Shown piece after piece: positions 29,850 to 39,200 of a DNA stretch of 64,000 nucleotides. The notes under the pieces were generated by a model. The model was not told the DNA's origin. It saw nothing but the letters and a program-made list of their open reading frames with translations, and did not search any database. The stretch comes from an uncultured delta proteobacterium (GTDB taxonomy: Bacteria; Myxococcota_A; Polyangia; Polyangiales; Houyiibacteriaceae): contig CAVOVB010000001.1 of assembly GCA_963699755.1 (NCBI GenBank), forward strand, positions 704,001-768,000, read 5' to 3'. The translations under genes and the position numbers were made by a program. How positions within the stretch are numbered: position 1 is the first letter of the stretch; every line of letters begins with the position of its first letter.

Positions 29850-30824
29850 GTGCGGCTCTATCCCCTGTTGTTTCTGCTCTTGCTCATCGCTGCGGCCCTC
29901 GCCGTGCTGGTCGGCTCGGGCGATCTCACCGATCCGGAGCTCCGCGACACGTTTCTGAAGCTCCGCGGCTATCGCCTCGCGGCAGCGTTTCTTGCCGGGG
30001 CGGCCTTGGCAGTCGGCGGTGTCGTCGTGCAGGGCCTCTTTCGCAACCCTCTGGCGAGCCCGTCCGTGCTCGGCACGACCGCCGGCGCGAGCTTTGGCGG
30101 ACAAGTCGCCCTCCTCGCGTACGGTCTCACTGGCGCCGGAAGCAGCTTCATCGTTCCGGAAATGATCGTGCCGATCGGTTGCTTCGTCGGGGCCTTGGGG
30201 GCTTTGGCGGTTCTCCTGCTCTTCTTGCGCATCACCCACGACCTGCTCGCGCTCCTCCTGACGGGGTTCGTCCTGAGCGCGCTCTTTTTGAGTCTTAGCG
30301 CCTTCGTCACCAGCGTTGCACAGGAAACCTGGGAGCTCGGCCGGGCGGTGGTCTCTTTTTCACTTGGCTCGGTGAGCGGGACCGGGCCGCGTCAACTCTC
30401 GTTCGCTCTGCCGCTCATCGGGCTCGCGCTGGTCGCGTCCTGGTTCTGGGGGCGCTCGCTCGACCTTCTCCTGAGCGGCGAGGAAGAAGCTCAATCGATG
30501 GGCGCCAACGTTGGGGCAGCACGCTGGTGGTCGGCGATTTGGGTGAGCGTTCTGGTTGCTGGAGCCGTATCGGTAGGCGGCAACGTCGGCTTCGTAGGAC
30601 TGGTCGTGCCGCACATGCTGCGCCCTTTTGCCGGGACCAAGCATCAGCGATTGATCCCTGCGGCTGCTTTGGCCGGCGGGATCTTTCTGGTGTCCTGCGA
30701 CGTCGTCGCTCGACTGATCCCCTCTCGAAGCGAAATCCCCCTCGGCGTCGTGACCGGCCTGATCGGCGCACCACTGTTCTTGTTGCTTCTGATTCGGCTG
30801 CGCCGGGAGCGCGCTTATGCGTAA
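29850..30824 (+). CDS. FecCD/BtuC-family ABC permease
   Basis: QGLFRNPLASPSVLG, GEEEAQSMG, GFVGLVVPH, EIPLGVVT; B12 specificity inferred from context. Confidence 0.9.
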   Translation: MRLYPLLFLLLLIAAALAVLVGSGDLTDPELRDTFLKLRGYRLAAAFLAGAALAVGGVVVQGLFRNPLASPSVLGTTAGASFGGQVALLAYGLTGAGSSFIVPEMIVPIGCFVGALGALAVLLLFLRITHDLLALLLTGFVLSALFLSLSAFVTSVAQETWELGRAVVSFSLGSVSGTGPRQLSFALPLIGLALVASWFWGRSLDLLLSGEEEAQSMGANVGAARWWSAIWVSVLVAGAVSVGGNVGFVGLVVPHMLRPFAGTKHQRLIPAAALAGGIFLVSCDVVARLIPSRSEIPLGVVTGLIGAPLFLLLLIRLRRERAYA

Positions 30825-31608
30825 GGGCGAAGGACACCTCGGTCTTCGCGCACGGAGCTTGAGCGTCACGCTTGGCGGCCGCAGGGTGTTGCGAGACGTA
30901 GACCTGGAGGCCCATCCCGGCGAAGTGCTCGCTCTCCTCGGTCCCAACGGAGCGGGTAAGAGCACGCTTCTCAAAGCGCTGGCGGGCTTGTTGCCTTATA
31001 AAGGCAGGGTCGATATCGGGGGGGCAGACCTTGCCCCGCTTTCGACTCGAAAAAGGGCGAGGCGGATTTCCTACGTGCCGCAACGGAGCCTGCTCCAATC
31101 TGCGCTCTCCGTGGAGGAAGTCGTCGCGCTGGGCCGTTACGTTCACGGCGGAAGCTTCGGCGGCATGTCGAGAGGCGACAAAGAGGCGATCGACCACGCA
31201 CTCGCGACCGCGCATGCCGATGCACTGCGCGATCGGATCTTCACCCAGCTCTCCGTTGGAGAACAGCAACGCGTCTTGCTTGCCCGCGCTCTCGCCTCCG
31301 ACGCACCCATCTTGCTGCTCGACGAACCGACCGCCGCGCTCGACGTCGGCGAAGCAATGGCGGTCCTGCGATTGATAAGAACGCTCGCTGCACGCAAACA
31401 CACTCTCATCGTCGTGCTCCACGACCTCGCCGATGCCCGCAGTACGACCGACCGCGCCCTCTTGCTGAGAGATGGATGTGTCGTCGAGCAGGGGGACACC
31501 CGAGACGTAGTCAGCGCTGAGCCGATTCGAGCGGTTTACGGTGTGAGGCTCATCGAGAATGCACGCATCGGTTTCGAGCCCGACTCTGAAACCCCGAACC
31601 CGGAGTGA
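30817..31608 (+). CDS. ABC transporter ATPase (BtuD/FecE-like)
   Basis: GPNGAGKS, LSVGEQQR, LLLDEPT, VLHD. Confidence 0.92.
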   Translation: MRKGEGHLGLRARSLSVTLGGRRVLRDVDLEAHPGEVLALLGPNGAGKSTLLKALAGLLPYKGRVDIGGADLAPLSTRKRARRISYVPQRSLLQSALSVEEVVALGRYVHGGSFGGMSRGDKEAIDHALATAHADALRDRIFTQLSVGEQQRVLLARALASDAPILLLDEPTAALDVGEAMAVLRLIRTLAARKHTLIVVLHDLADARSTTDRALLLRDGCVVEQGDTRDVVSAEPIRAVYGVRLIENARIGFEPDSETPNPE

Positions 31609-31609
31609 C

Positions 31610-32533
31610 GTGAAGCGGGTCAACATCATCAACGGGGCGCTCCTTTTCGTGGCGGTTCTGACGAGCGCGATTCTCACCGCTGCCATCTCGAAGAGAACGC
31701 CGCTCGAGGACTCGCTTACCGGAGTGCGAACCGTCGAAGACGCGGCCGGACGGCCCATCGCGGCGCGGGAATACGTCCGCATCGTCAGCACGAGCACCAT
31801 CGCGGATCAGGTTCTCATCGAGATCATCGCGCCCGAGCGCTTGCTCGCGGTCAGCGCCCATACCCTACGCTCCCGAGACGCACGCCCCTACGAAGACAAA
31901 ATCGGCGTCGAGCACGCACGTGACATCGAGACGATCATCGAGCTTCGACCCGATATCGTCTTCATCAACAACTTCATCGACCAACGCCAGGTCGAGCGGC
32001 TCAAGGAAGCCGGCCTGAACGTCTTCGACCTCGGCCCAATGCGAGGTCTCGAAACTCTGCTGCCCAACATTGCGCAGATAGCCTCGGTGCTCGACGTGCC
32101 CGAACGCGGTCAGGCGCTCTCAGACCAACTCGTCCAGAAGCTCGATGCGGTCTCCGCGGACATCCCCGACGGCAAAAGGCAGCGTGGCCTCTACGTCGGT
32201 ATCCACGGCGATCGGCTCTATGGCGGAACCGCGGGAACGAGCTTTCACGACGTACTAGTGGCCGGGGGTTTGGTCGACGTTGCTGCAGAAGCGGGCTTCA
32301 ACGGATGGCCGGCGTTCACCAACGAGCAGCTCCTCAGCCTCGACCCCCCTTGGATCATCACCAATCCCGGCACGGAGCGTTCGCTCTGCCGTCACCCTGG
32401 TTTTCAGTCACTCGCCGCTTGCAAGACAGGTCAGGTTCGCAGCATTGACACACATCTTCTCACAGACCCGGGGCTCGGCATGCTCGAGGCCGCCGAAGCG
32501 GTGCATGCCGCGGTGTACGGCGATGACGCCTAG
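31610..32533 (+). CDS. ABC substrate-binding protein (BtuF-like)
   Basis: GTG 31610; RIVS, IETIIELRPDIV, EQLLSLDP, PGLGMLEA. Confidence 0.85.
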   Translation: MKRVNIINGALLFVAVLTSAILTAAISKRTPLEDSLTGVRTVEDAAGRPIAAREYVRIVSTSTIADQVLIEIIAPERLLAVSAHTLRSRDARPYEDKIGVEHARDIETIIELRPDIVFINNFIDQRQVERLKEAGLNVFDLGPMRGLETLLPNIAQIASVLDVPERGQALSDQLVQKLDAVSADIPDGKRQRGLYVGIHGDRLYGGTAGTSFHDVLVAGGLVDVAAEAGFNGWPAFTNEQLLSLDPPWIITNPGTERSLCRHPGFQSLAACKTGQVRSIDTHLLTDPGLGMLEAAEAVHAAVYGDDA

Positions 32534-32558
32534 GCTCGTGCTGAGCCTGCGCCGAGGG

Positions 32559-33158
32559 TTAGTCCAGCAAGGCCGCTAGGAGCTCGCTGTAGGCATCGGT
32601 CCGTTTGAACTGAGGAAACTCTTCGGCGACGTTGTCGGGGCATCGGAACAAGATGCCCCGGTCCGCCTCCTTGAGCATCGTCGTGTCGTTGTAGCTGTCT
32701 CCCGCCGCGTGTACTCGGAAACCAATGTTCTTCAATCCGGCAACGGCCTTTCGCTTGCCGTCGGGGATCCTCAGCCGGTAGTCGGTCACCCGGTCGGTCT
32801 CATCGGTCACGAGCTCGTGGCAGAAGAGCGTCGGCTGGCCTAGTTGGCGCATGAAGGGCGCGGCGAACTGGTAGAACGTGTCGCTCAGGATGATCAGCTG
32901 GGTTTGGTCGCGAAGCTCGTCGAGGAACTCCTTGGCGCCCCGCAGAGGCTTCATCTGACCGATCACATCTTGGATGTCCGAGAGCTTGAAGCCGTGCTCG
33001 TTTAGAATTTCCAGCCGTCCGCGCATGAGCACGTCGTAGTCGGGCTCGTCGCGGGTCGTGCGCCTGAGAGCCTTGATTCCGGTCTTCTCTGCGAAGGCGA
33101 TCCACACCTCCGGGATGAGGACTCCTTCGAGATCGAGGCAAACGACCAGTGGCGGCAT
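32559..33158 (-). CDS. thrH: Phosphoserine phosphatase / homoserine phosphotransferase
   Basis: ATG 33158; [41 protein letters not shown]. Confidence 0.93.
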   Translation of the reverse strand: MPPLVVCLDLEGVLIPEVWIAFAEKTGIKALRRTTRDEPDYDVLMRGRLEILNEHGFKLSDIQDVIGQMKPLRGAKEFLDELRDQTQLIILSDTFYQFAAPFMRQLGQPTLFCHELVTDETDRVTDYRLRIPDGKRKAVAGLKNIGFRVHAAGDSYNDTTMLKEADRGILFRCPDNVAEEFPQFKRTDAYSELLAALLD

Positions 33159-33283
33159 GAGCGGTACTCCGAGGCCCGCAAGGGGGCAGCAATGCGAGGG
33201 CGCTTCGTCTACCCGATTTTGCAGCCCAGGCAACCAGCTTCGACTCGACAGACGCCCTAGCTGGGATCAACAATGGCTCACTC

Positions 33284-34159
33284 ATGACCTACAGGAACGC
33301 GATCTTTGCGGGTGGTGGCAGCCGCTGCTTTTGGCAGCTCGGCTTCTGGGAAGGCGCGAAGGAGGCCGGTCTCGATCTCCAGAGCTCGGTTGAGTTCGTC
33401 GGCTCGACCAGCGCCGGTTGTGCGATGGCCACCGCTGCAGTCCTCGACCGTTCACACTACGCGCTCAATCTCTTCAAAGACTTCACCGCACGAAACCCTC
33501 GGAACATTCACTGGGAAAACGTCAACCCGTTCAAGCGGGGTGCGCTGCTTCCTCACGCTCGAATGTACCGTGAAGCGCTGAGGGAGCTGATGGGCCCCGA
33601 TGATCTAGACACCCTCGGGAAGCGTTCCGTGCACTTCCTGATGAGCGGGTACCCGGAGTGGCTTAGCGGGGCGATCGGCGCCACGGCAGCGCTCTGTATC
33701 TATGGCCTCGAGAAGAAGTTTCGCAAAGATCCCCTCCACCCCGAATGGCCAGCAAAGGCCGGCTTCAAGCCGCTCATCGGGCGTGCGAACGATTGCCGCA
33801 CGCTGCAGGACTACATCAGCATGGTCCTTGCGGCCTCCTGCATTCCTCCCATCTTGCCGGAGGGGCACTTCGAAGGTCGTAAGGTGCTGGACGGTGGCTT
33901 GATCGAAAACATTCCCGTTCGCCTCGCCGAGAACGAGCCGGGAGAAACGCTGGTTCTGCTCAGCCGCAAGTACGAGCGCGAGCTTCCATCGACGAGCCGT
34001 GTGACCTGGGTACAACCGTCGAAGCCAATCAAGATCGACAAATTCGACTACGCAAACCCGGAGGGTTTGCAGGAGACCTTCGATCTCGGCATTGTCGACG
34101 GCAGGCAGTTCGGGCGTAGTTGTGTTCTGAGCGGCGGAGCCTATAGTTCTGCGCGGTGA
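33284..34159 (+). CDS. Patatin-like phospholipase
   Basis: AGGGSR oxyanion motif, STSAG nucleophile elbow, ASCIP, LDGG. Confidence 0.85.
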   Translation: MTYRNAIFAGGGSRCFWQLGFWEGAKEAGLDLQSSVEFVGSTSAGCAMATAAVLDRSHYALNLFKDFTARNPRNIHWENVNPFKRGALLPHARMYREALRELMGPDDLDTLGKRSVHFLMSGYPEWLSGAIGATAALCIYGLEKKFRKDPLHPEWPAKAGFKPLIGRANDCRTLQDYISMVLAASCIPPILPEGHFEGRKVLDGGLIENIPVRLAENEPGETLVLLSRKYERELPSTSRVTWVQPSKPIKIDKFDYANPEGLQETFDLGIVDGRQFGRSCVLSGGAYSSAR

Positions 34160-36534
34160 CGCGTTCAGTCTTGACACTTGTCGTTGCGCTGGGTCTTGCG
34201 TCGCTCGCGGTTTGGCTTGCGAGAGGCATCCAGCTCGACACCGGGCTCGAGGCACTCCTGCCCAAAGACTCGGTTTCAGTCCTTTCGCTCGAAGAGACCC
34301 GAGACAAGCTCGGCCTGGAAGAGCCTCTCACGATTCTCGTTGAAACCGGCGAGCCGACCCGCAGCAGGGCGCTGGCCGCCCAACTCGCAAAGACCTTCGC
34401 GGAATGGCCCGAGACGGTTTGGGTGATGACCGGCTACGGTCTGGATGCGCTCGCCGAGCGCGCGCTTTACTACGTCGACGCCGAGACCCTCTACGAGTGG
34501 AGCGAGCTTGCCGAAGAAGCGCTCGATTGGGAGGCCTGCAAAGCCTCTCCGCTATGCGTGACGATCGCCGACCCACCCGAGCTGCCCGACGGCGACGAGA
34601 TTCGGGAAGCGATCGATCGCTCACCGGCCGGAACCGTGCTCCGAGAGCTCACCGGCCAGTCGGCCAAGGAGGCCGGCAAGAGCACTGAGGGCGGTTCGGG
34701 CGAGGGTGAGGAGGCGGAGCAAGCGCTTTGCAGCGACGACGGCAAAGTCTGCGCGGTACAGGTCATGCTGAGCGGCTCGCCCGGTGACCTCGGCTATGCT
34801 CGCATGATCAAGGAGCGGGTGGAAACGATCACCGTTCCATTGGTGCGGTCGCAGCCCGAGGGCACCCGCATCGAGGTCATCGGCCGCTATCGTGTGGCGC
34901 CTCTCGAGCACGGCATCATCCTGAACGACCTGCGCTTGGTTTCAATCCTCGCAGCCCTCGGCACGCTTCTCATGGTCCTGATCTTCTTCCGCGACCTGAC
35001 AGCGGTCGTGCAGCTCATGGTGCCGATGCTCAGTGGTCTTGCCGTCGCAATCGGACTGATCGCCCTGATTCAGCCCAAGATCAATATCATCAGCGCATCG
35101 GCGCTCGCGATCCTCGCCGGCATGGCGATCGATTTCGGGATTCATCTTCTGATGCACTACCAGTCCGCACGCGCCGACGGATCGAGCGCGGCGGAGGCCG
35201 CCAAAGCAAGCGTACAGGACCTTTGGGTCTCGCTCTTGGTTGCAGGCGTCACCACCGCCTGCGGTTTCGGCGCGCTTTCGATGACCGATTTCCAGGGCTT
35301 CTCCCAAATGGGTTGGATGGCGTCGCTCGGGATCATGGTCACGTTGCTCTGGACGCTCGCGGTATTCCCGAGCATGGTCCGCGTGCTCCCGGGCAGCGGC
35401 AAGAGCACTCGGCAGCGGGCGGCCAAGGACCGCAGCGCGCGTGGCCTCGCCTGGACCCTTCTCGTGCTCGGGCTCTTGGCGCTTCCCTTCGCCTTGCGAA
35501 TCGGCTTCGAGCCGAACCTAGGCAAGCTGCAACCCAAAGGCGTTGGCCACGGTCTGGACGATTCGATGATGCGCGCGCGCGGCAACATCAACGCGCTCTA
35601 CGTCGGGAAGTCGCCGGAGGCGGTCAATGCGGCGATCGGCGACGAGCTCATGACCGTCGGCGCTGTCGAGGCGCTCGACGTCGAACCGATCGTGGTTTCG
35701 GCCCAGGTGATCTTTCCTGACGACTCGGACGAGAAGACCGAAATCCTGGCTGACCTCAAAGCGACGCTGGTGCGGGCTCGCCAAAAAGCGATCGAGCGCG
35801 AAGACAGCGAGCTGCTCGACGAGCTCGATGAGCTCGAGCCCTGGGTCGATGTCGACGGCCCGCCCCAAGCCGATCAGATCCCCCAATGGCTCGCCGCGAC
35901 GCTGGTCCTCAAGGACGGCTCGATCGGAAAGAGCGGCATCATTTACGTCCCACTGAGGGGCTCGAATGCGGAGGCGATGGAGAGGCTCGCTGCCTGGCTC
36001 GATCAACTGCGCGCGGCGCATCCGGACGTGACCTTCGCGTCGGCAGCGGCGCTCCTCGGCGAAGTGACCCCGGCACTGATCGCCGACTCGCCCTGGATTC
36101 TCTCCCTGGTCTTCCTCGGCTTGATCGCAGCAACAGCGATCGCGAGCCGATCGTTTGCCGTCACCCGAGACGTGTTCCTGGCGACGGCCCTGTCCACGAT
36201 CTTCTTCGCGGCGACATTGTCGCTCCTCGGTATCGACCTTCATCTCTATAATCTGCTCGCGGTACCGGTCGTGGTCGGCCTTGCAGTCGACGGCGCAGTG
36301 CACGTCCGCTGGGCTAGGGACTACGACAGTCCGCGCCAGCAATACGCCACGTATAGGGCCGTCGCAGCGTCGACCCTGACCTCGATGGTGGCCTTCGGCG
36401 CCTTGATGACCGCCGAAAGTCCCGGCCTTCGTTCGCTCGGGCAGGTCGGCGTGATCGGCCTGGGAATCTCGATTGCGGTCAACCTGATCTGGCTTCGCGC
36501 CTGGTGCGCACCGAACAAACCGAAGGAAGCCTGA
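34156..36534 (+). CDS. MMPL/RND family lipid transporter (HpnN-like)
   Basis: Two membrane repeats with GMAIDFGIH and GLAVDGAVH, TTACGFGAL, PGLRSLG; GTGA overlap with patatin. Confidence 0.85.
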   Translation: MTRSVLTLVVALGLASLAVWLARGIQLDTGLEALLPKDSVSVLSLEETRDKLGLEEPLTILVETGEPTRSRALAAQLAKTFAEWPETVWVMTGYGLDALAERALYYVDAETLYEWSELAEEALDWEACKASPLCVTIADPPELPDGDEIREAIDRSPAGTVLRELTGQSAKEAGKSTEGGSGEGEEAEQALCSDDGKVCAVQVMLSGSPGDLGYARMIKERVETITVPLVRSQPEGTRIEVIGRYRVAPLEHGIILNDLRLVSILAALGTLLMVLIFFRDLTAVVQLMVPMLSGLAVAIGLIALIQPKINIISASALAILAGMAIDFGIHLLMHYQSARADGSSAAEAAKASVQDLWVSLLVAGVTTACGFGALSMTDFQGFSQMGWMASLGIMVTLLWTLAVFPSMVRVLPGSGKSTRQRAAKDRSARGLAWTLLVLGLLALPFALRIGFEPNLGKLQPKGVGHGLDDSMMRARGNINALYVGKSPEAVNAAIGDELMTVGAVEALDVEPIVVSAQVIFPDDSDEKTEILADLKATLVRARQKAIEREDSELLDELDELEPWVDVDGPPQADQIPQWLAATLVLKDGSIGKSGIIYVPLRGSNAEAMERLAAWLDQLRAAHPDVTFASAAALLGEVTPALIADSPWILSLVFLGLIAATAIASRSFAVTRDVFLATALSTIFFAATLSLLGIDLHLYNLLAVPVVVGLAVDGAVHVRWARDYDSPRQQYATYRAVAASTLTSMVAFGALMTAESPGLRSLGQVGVIGLGISIAVNLIWLRAWCAPNKPKEA

Positions 36535-36538
36535 CCCG

Positions 36539-38410
36539 ATGTGCGGCATCGCAGGCATGCTGGCCGCGACCCCCCAGGCAAAGCCCGATTCGGGTGCCGT
36601 CCGGCGCATGTGCGATGCGATGGTGCATCGGGGTCCCGATGATCACGGATATTGGAGCGAGGGCCCCTGCGCGCTCGGTCACCGGCGTCTCTCGATCATC
36701 GATCTGCGCCCCGAAGGCGCTCAACCGATGACCAACGAAGACGGGTCGGTCGCTGTGGTCGTGAACGGCGAGATTTACAACTTCCAGAGCTTGCGCCGCG
36801 AGCTCGAAGCCAAGGGGCACCGCTTCAGGTCACGTTCGGACTCCGAGGTCCTCGTGCACCTCTACGAAGAAGAGGGGCTGAACTTTCTCGATCGCCTGCG
36901 CGGAATGTTCGCACTGGCCCTTTGGGATGTGTCGCGCCGGCGCCTGGTGCTCGCGCGCGATCGCTTCGGCAAGAAGCCCCTCTTCTATCATGCCGGACCC
37001 GAAGGGCTGACTTTCGCTTCGGAGCTCGGCGCCTTGGCTGCTTCCGATCACTTCGAGCAACGCCCTGACATCGACGCGATCGACGCGTTCCTCTGCTTGC
37101 AGTACGTGCCCTCGCCCTGGACGGCGTTCGAAGGCGTTCGCAAGCTGCCGCCCGCCTGCCGTCTCGTTTGCGAGAACGGCCGGGTAGGCGAGCCGGAGCG
37201 CTACTTCGAGCTTCGTTTCGACCAGCCGACGGACCGCTCGCTGCCTGAGCTGACCGAGTGCCTGCATGCGCAGATCGAAGACGCAGTTCGGGTGCGGATG
37301 GTCTCGGACGTACCGCTCGGCGCGTTTCTCTCGGGCGGCGTCGACTCTTCGCTCATTGTCGCCATGATGGCCAAGCGCTCCTCGAAGCCGGTCAAGACCT
37401 TCGCGGTGGGCTTCACTAGCAAAGACTTCAGCGAGCTCCCGTATGCGAGAATGGTGGCGGAGCGCTATGGGACCGACCACCACGAGATCGTCGTGGAGCC
37501 CGACATGGCGTCGGTCATCCCGGAATTCGTCCGGCACTACGGCGAGCCCTTCGCCGATACCTCCGCGCTGCCGACCTGGTACCTCTGTCAGTACACCCGC
37601 AGCGGGGTCACAGTTGCCTTGAGCGGAGACGGCGGCGATGAAGCGTTCTGTGGCTACTCCCGTTATTTCCATTCGTGGACAGCCCGGAGGCTCCGCGCGC
37701 TTCCCGGCCCGCTGCCATTGGCCCTCGCAAAGACGCTGGGCAGGATCCCGACCCCTGCGGCACGGAAGGTTCGCGACTTCGGGCGTCGGCTCATGGAGCC
37801 CGAGCATGTTCGCTTTCTCGGCCTTGCAGCGCACATTCCGCACGAGGACCGGCTTGCGCTCTACGCTCCGGCGATGCGCGCGCGTTTCGCTGAGGATCGA
37901 GTCGCGCGCCGCTTTGGAGAGCTCTACGCGGCTTCGACGGCGTCCGACCCGATCAATCGACTGCTCGACCTGGACATTCAGACCTACCTGCCCGACGACA
38001 TTCTCACGAAGGTCGACATCGCTTCGATGGCGCACTCGCTCGAGGTGCGATGCCCCCTCGTCGATCAGGACCTCATGGTCTTCGCCGCCTCAGTCCCCGG
38101 CGACATGAAGCTCCGCGGGCACAGGACCAAGCTCATCCTCCGAGAAGTCGCCAAGCCACTTGTTCCCGAGAAGATTCTCAAGCGGCCCAAACGAGGCTTC
38201 GGCCTGCCCATCGATCGATGGATGCGAGAAGACCTCGCAGCGATGTCGCGTGATATCTTGCTCGACCAAACTGCACGTGAACGGGGCATCTTCGAAGCGG
38301 CGGCCGTCGAAGCCCTGCTTGGGCAGCATCAAAGGGGCGAGCCGCGTGGCGATCAGATCTGGGCGCTGATGGTGCTCGAGCTTTGGTATCGAACATTCAT
38401 CGACAGATGA
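36539..38410 (+). CDS. asnB: Asparagine synthase (glutamine-hydrolysing) family amidotransferase
   Basis: MCGIAG, HRGPD, RRLSIID, NGEIYN, RDRFGKKPL, LSGGVDSS, SGDGGDE, RPKRGF. Confidence 0.92.
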   Translation: MCGIAGMLAATPQAKPDSGAVRRMCDAMVHRGPDDHGYWSEGPCALGHRRLSIIDLRPEGAQPMTNEDGSVAVVVNGEIYNFQSLRRELEAKGHRFRSRSDSEVLVHLYEEEGLNFLDRLRGMFALALWDVSRRRLVLARDRFGKKPLFYHAGPEGLTFASELGALAASDHFEQRPDIDAIDAFLCLQYVPSPWTAFEGVRKLPPACRLVCENGRVGEPERYFELRFDQPTDRSLPELTECLHAQIEDAVRVRMVSDVPLGAFLSGGVDSSLIVAMMAKRSSKPVKTFAVGFTSKDFSELPYARMVAERYGTDHHEIVVEPDMASVIPEFVRHYGEPFADTSALPTWYLCQYTRSGVTVALSGDGGDEAFCGYSRYFHSWTARRLRALPGPLPLALAKTLGRIPTPAARKVRDFGRRLMEPEHVRFLGLAAHIPHEDRLALYAPAMRARFAEDRVARRFGELYAASTASDPINRLLDLDIQTYLPDDILTKVDIASMAHSLEVRCPLVDQDLMVFAASVPGDMKLRGHRTKLILREVAKPLVPEKILKRPKRGFGLPIDRWMREDLAAMSRDILLDQTARERGIFEAAAVEALLGQHQRGEPRGDQIWALMVLELWYRTFIDR

Positions 38411-38492
38411 GCTCGCCGCGACTTCTACCCTAGCGGGCCCAGGAATAGGCACCGCGGCCGGCCCTCGCCGATCTGTGCTAGACAGGCCCCGC

Positions 38493-39200
38493 GTGATTTC
38501 CATCGTCGTTCCAACGTATCGTGAGGCGGCCAACCTCGGCCCGCTTGCCGAAGCCGTGGACGAGGCGCTTTCGGGCGCTGGACACGAGTACGAGCTTCTT
38601 TTCATCGACGACGATTCGCAAGACGGTTCCGCAGAGATCTGCGCCCGGCTTTCCGAGCGCCTTCCCGTGCGCATCGTAGTTCGAAAAGGCGAACGCGGTC
38701 TGGCGACGGCCGTGATTCACGGCATCTCGATGGCGTCCGGCGGCATCGTCGTCGTGATGGATGCCGATCTCTCGCATCCCGCAAGCGCGATCCCGGCCAT
38801 GATCGAGCGCCTCGAGCGTGGCGAAAGCGACTTCGTGCTCGGTTCGCGCTACGTCGAAGGCGGCTCGATCCACGACGAATGGAGCGTCTTCCGTCGGCTC
38901 AACTCCGTCATTCCTTCCCTTCTTGCGAAACCTCTTTGCCCGCTCAAAGACCCGATGAGTGGCTTCTTCGCGATCCGGCGCAGCGAGATGCCGGACGCGG
39001 ACCATCTTTCGCCGATCGGCTACAAGATCGCACTCGAGATCTACGTCAAAGGCGACTTCAACCGACCGAGCGAGGTGCCGATTCACTTCTCGGACCGGCA
39101 GCACGGCGAAAGCAAGCTCTCGCTCAAGGAGCAGCTGAACTTTCTTCGCCACCTCGTTCGCCTCTACGTCTACAAGCTCCACCACGGCGCCGAAACGTGA
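38493..39200 (+). CDS. Polyprenol-phosphate glycosyltransferase (GT2, DPM1-like)
   Basis: SIVVPTYRE, DDDSQDG, MDADLSHP, GSRY, DPMSGFF, GESKL. Confidence 0.9.
   Translation: MISIVVPTYREAANLGPLAEAVDEALSGAGHEYELLFIDDDSQDGSAEICARLSERLPVRIVVRKGERGLATAVIHGISMASGGIVVVMDADLSHPASAIPAMIERLERGESDFVLGSRYVEGGSIHDEWSVFRRLNSVIPSLLAKPLCPLKDPMSGFFAIRRSEMPDADHLSPIGYKIALEIYVKGDFNRPSEVPIHFSDRQHGESKLSLKEQLNFLRHLVRLYVYKLHHGAET

Noticed and set aside
32559..33158. thrH as part of the B12 locus
   Set aside because: Convergent orientation, housekeeping function, no corrinoid synthesis genes nearby.
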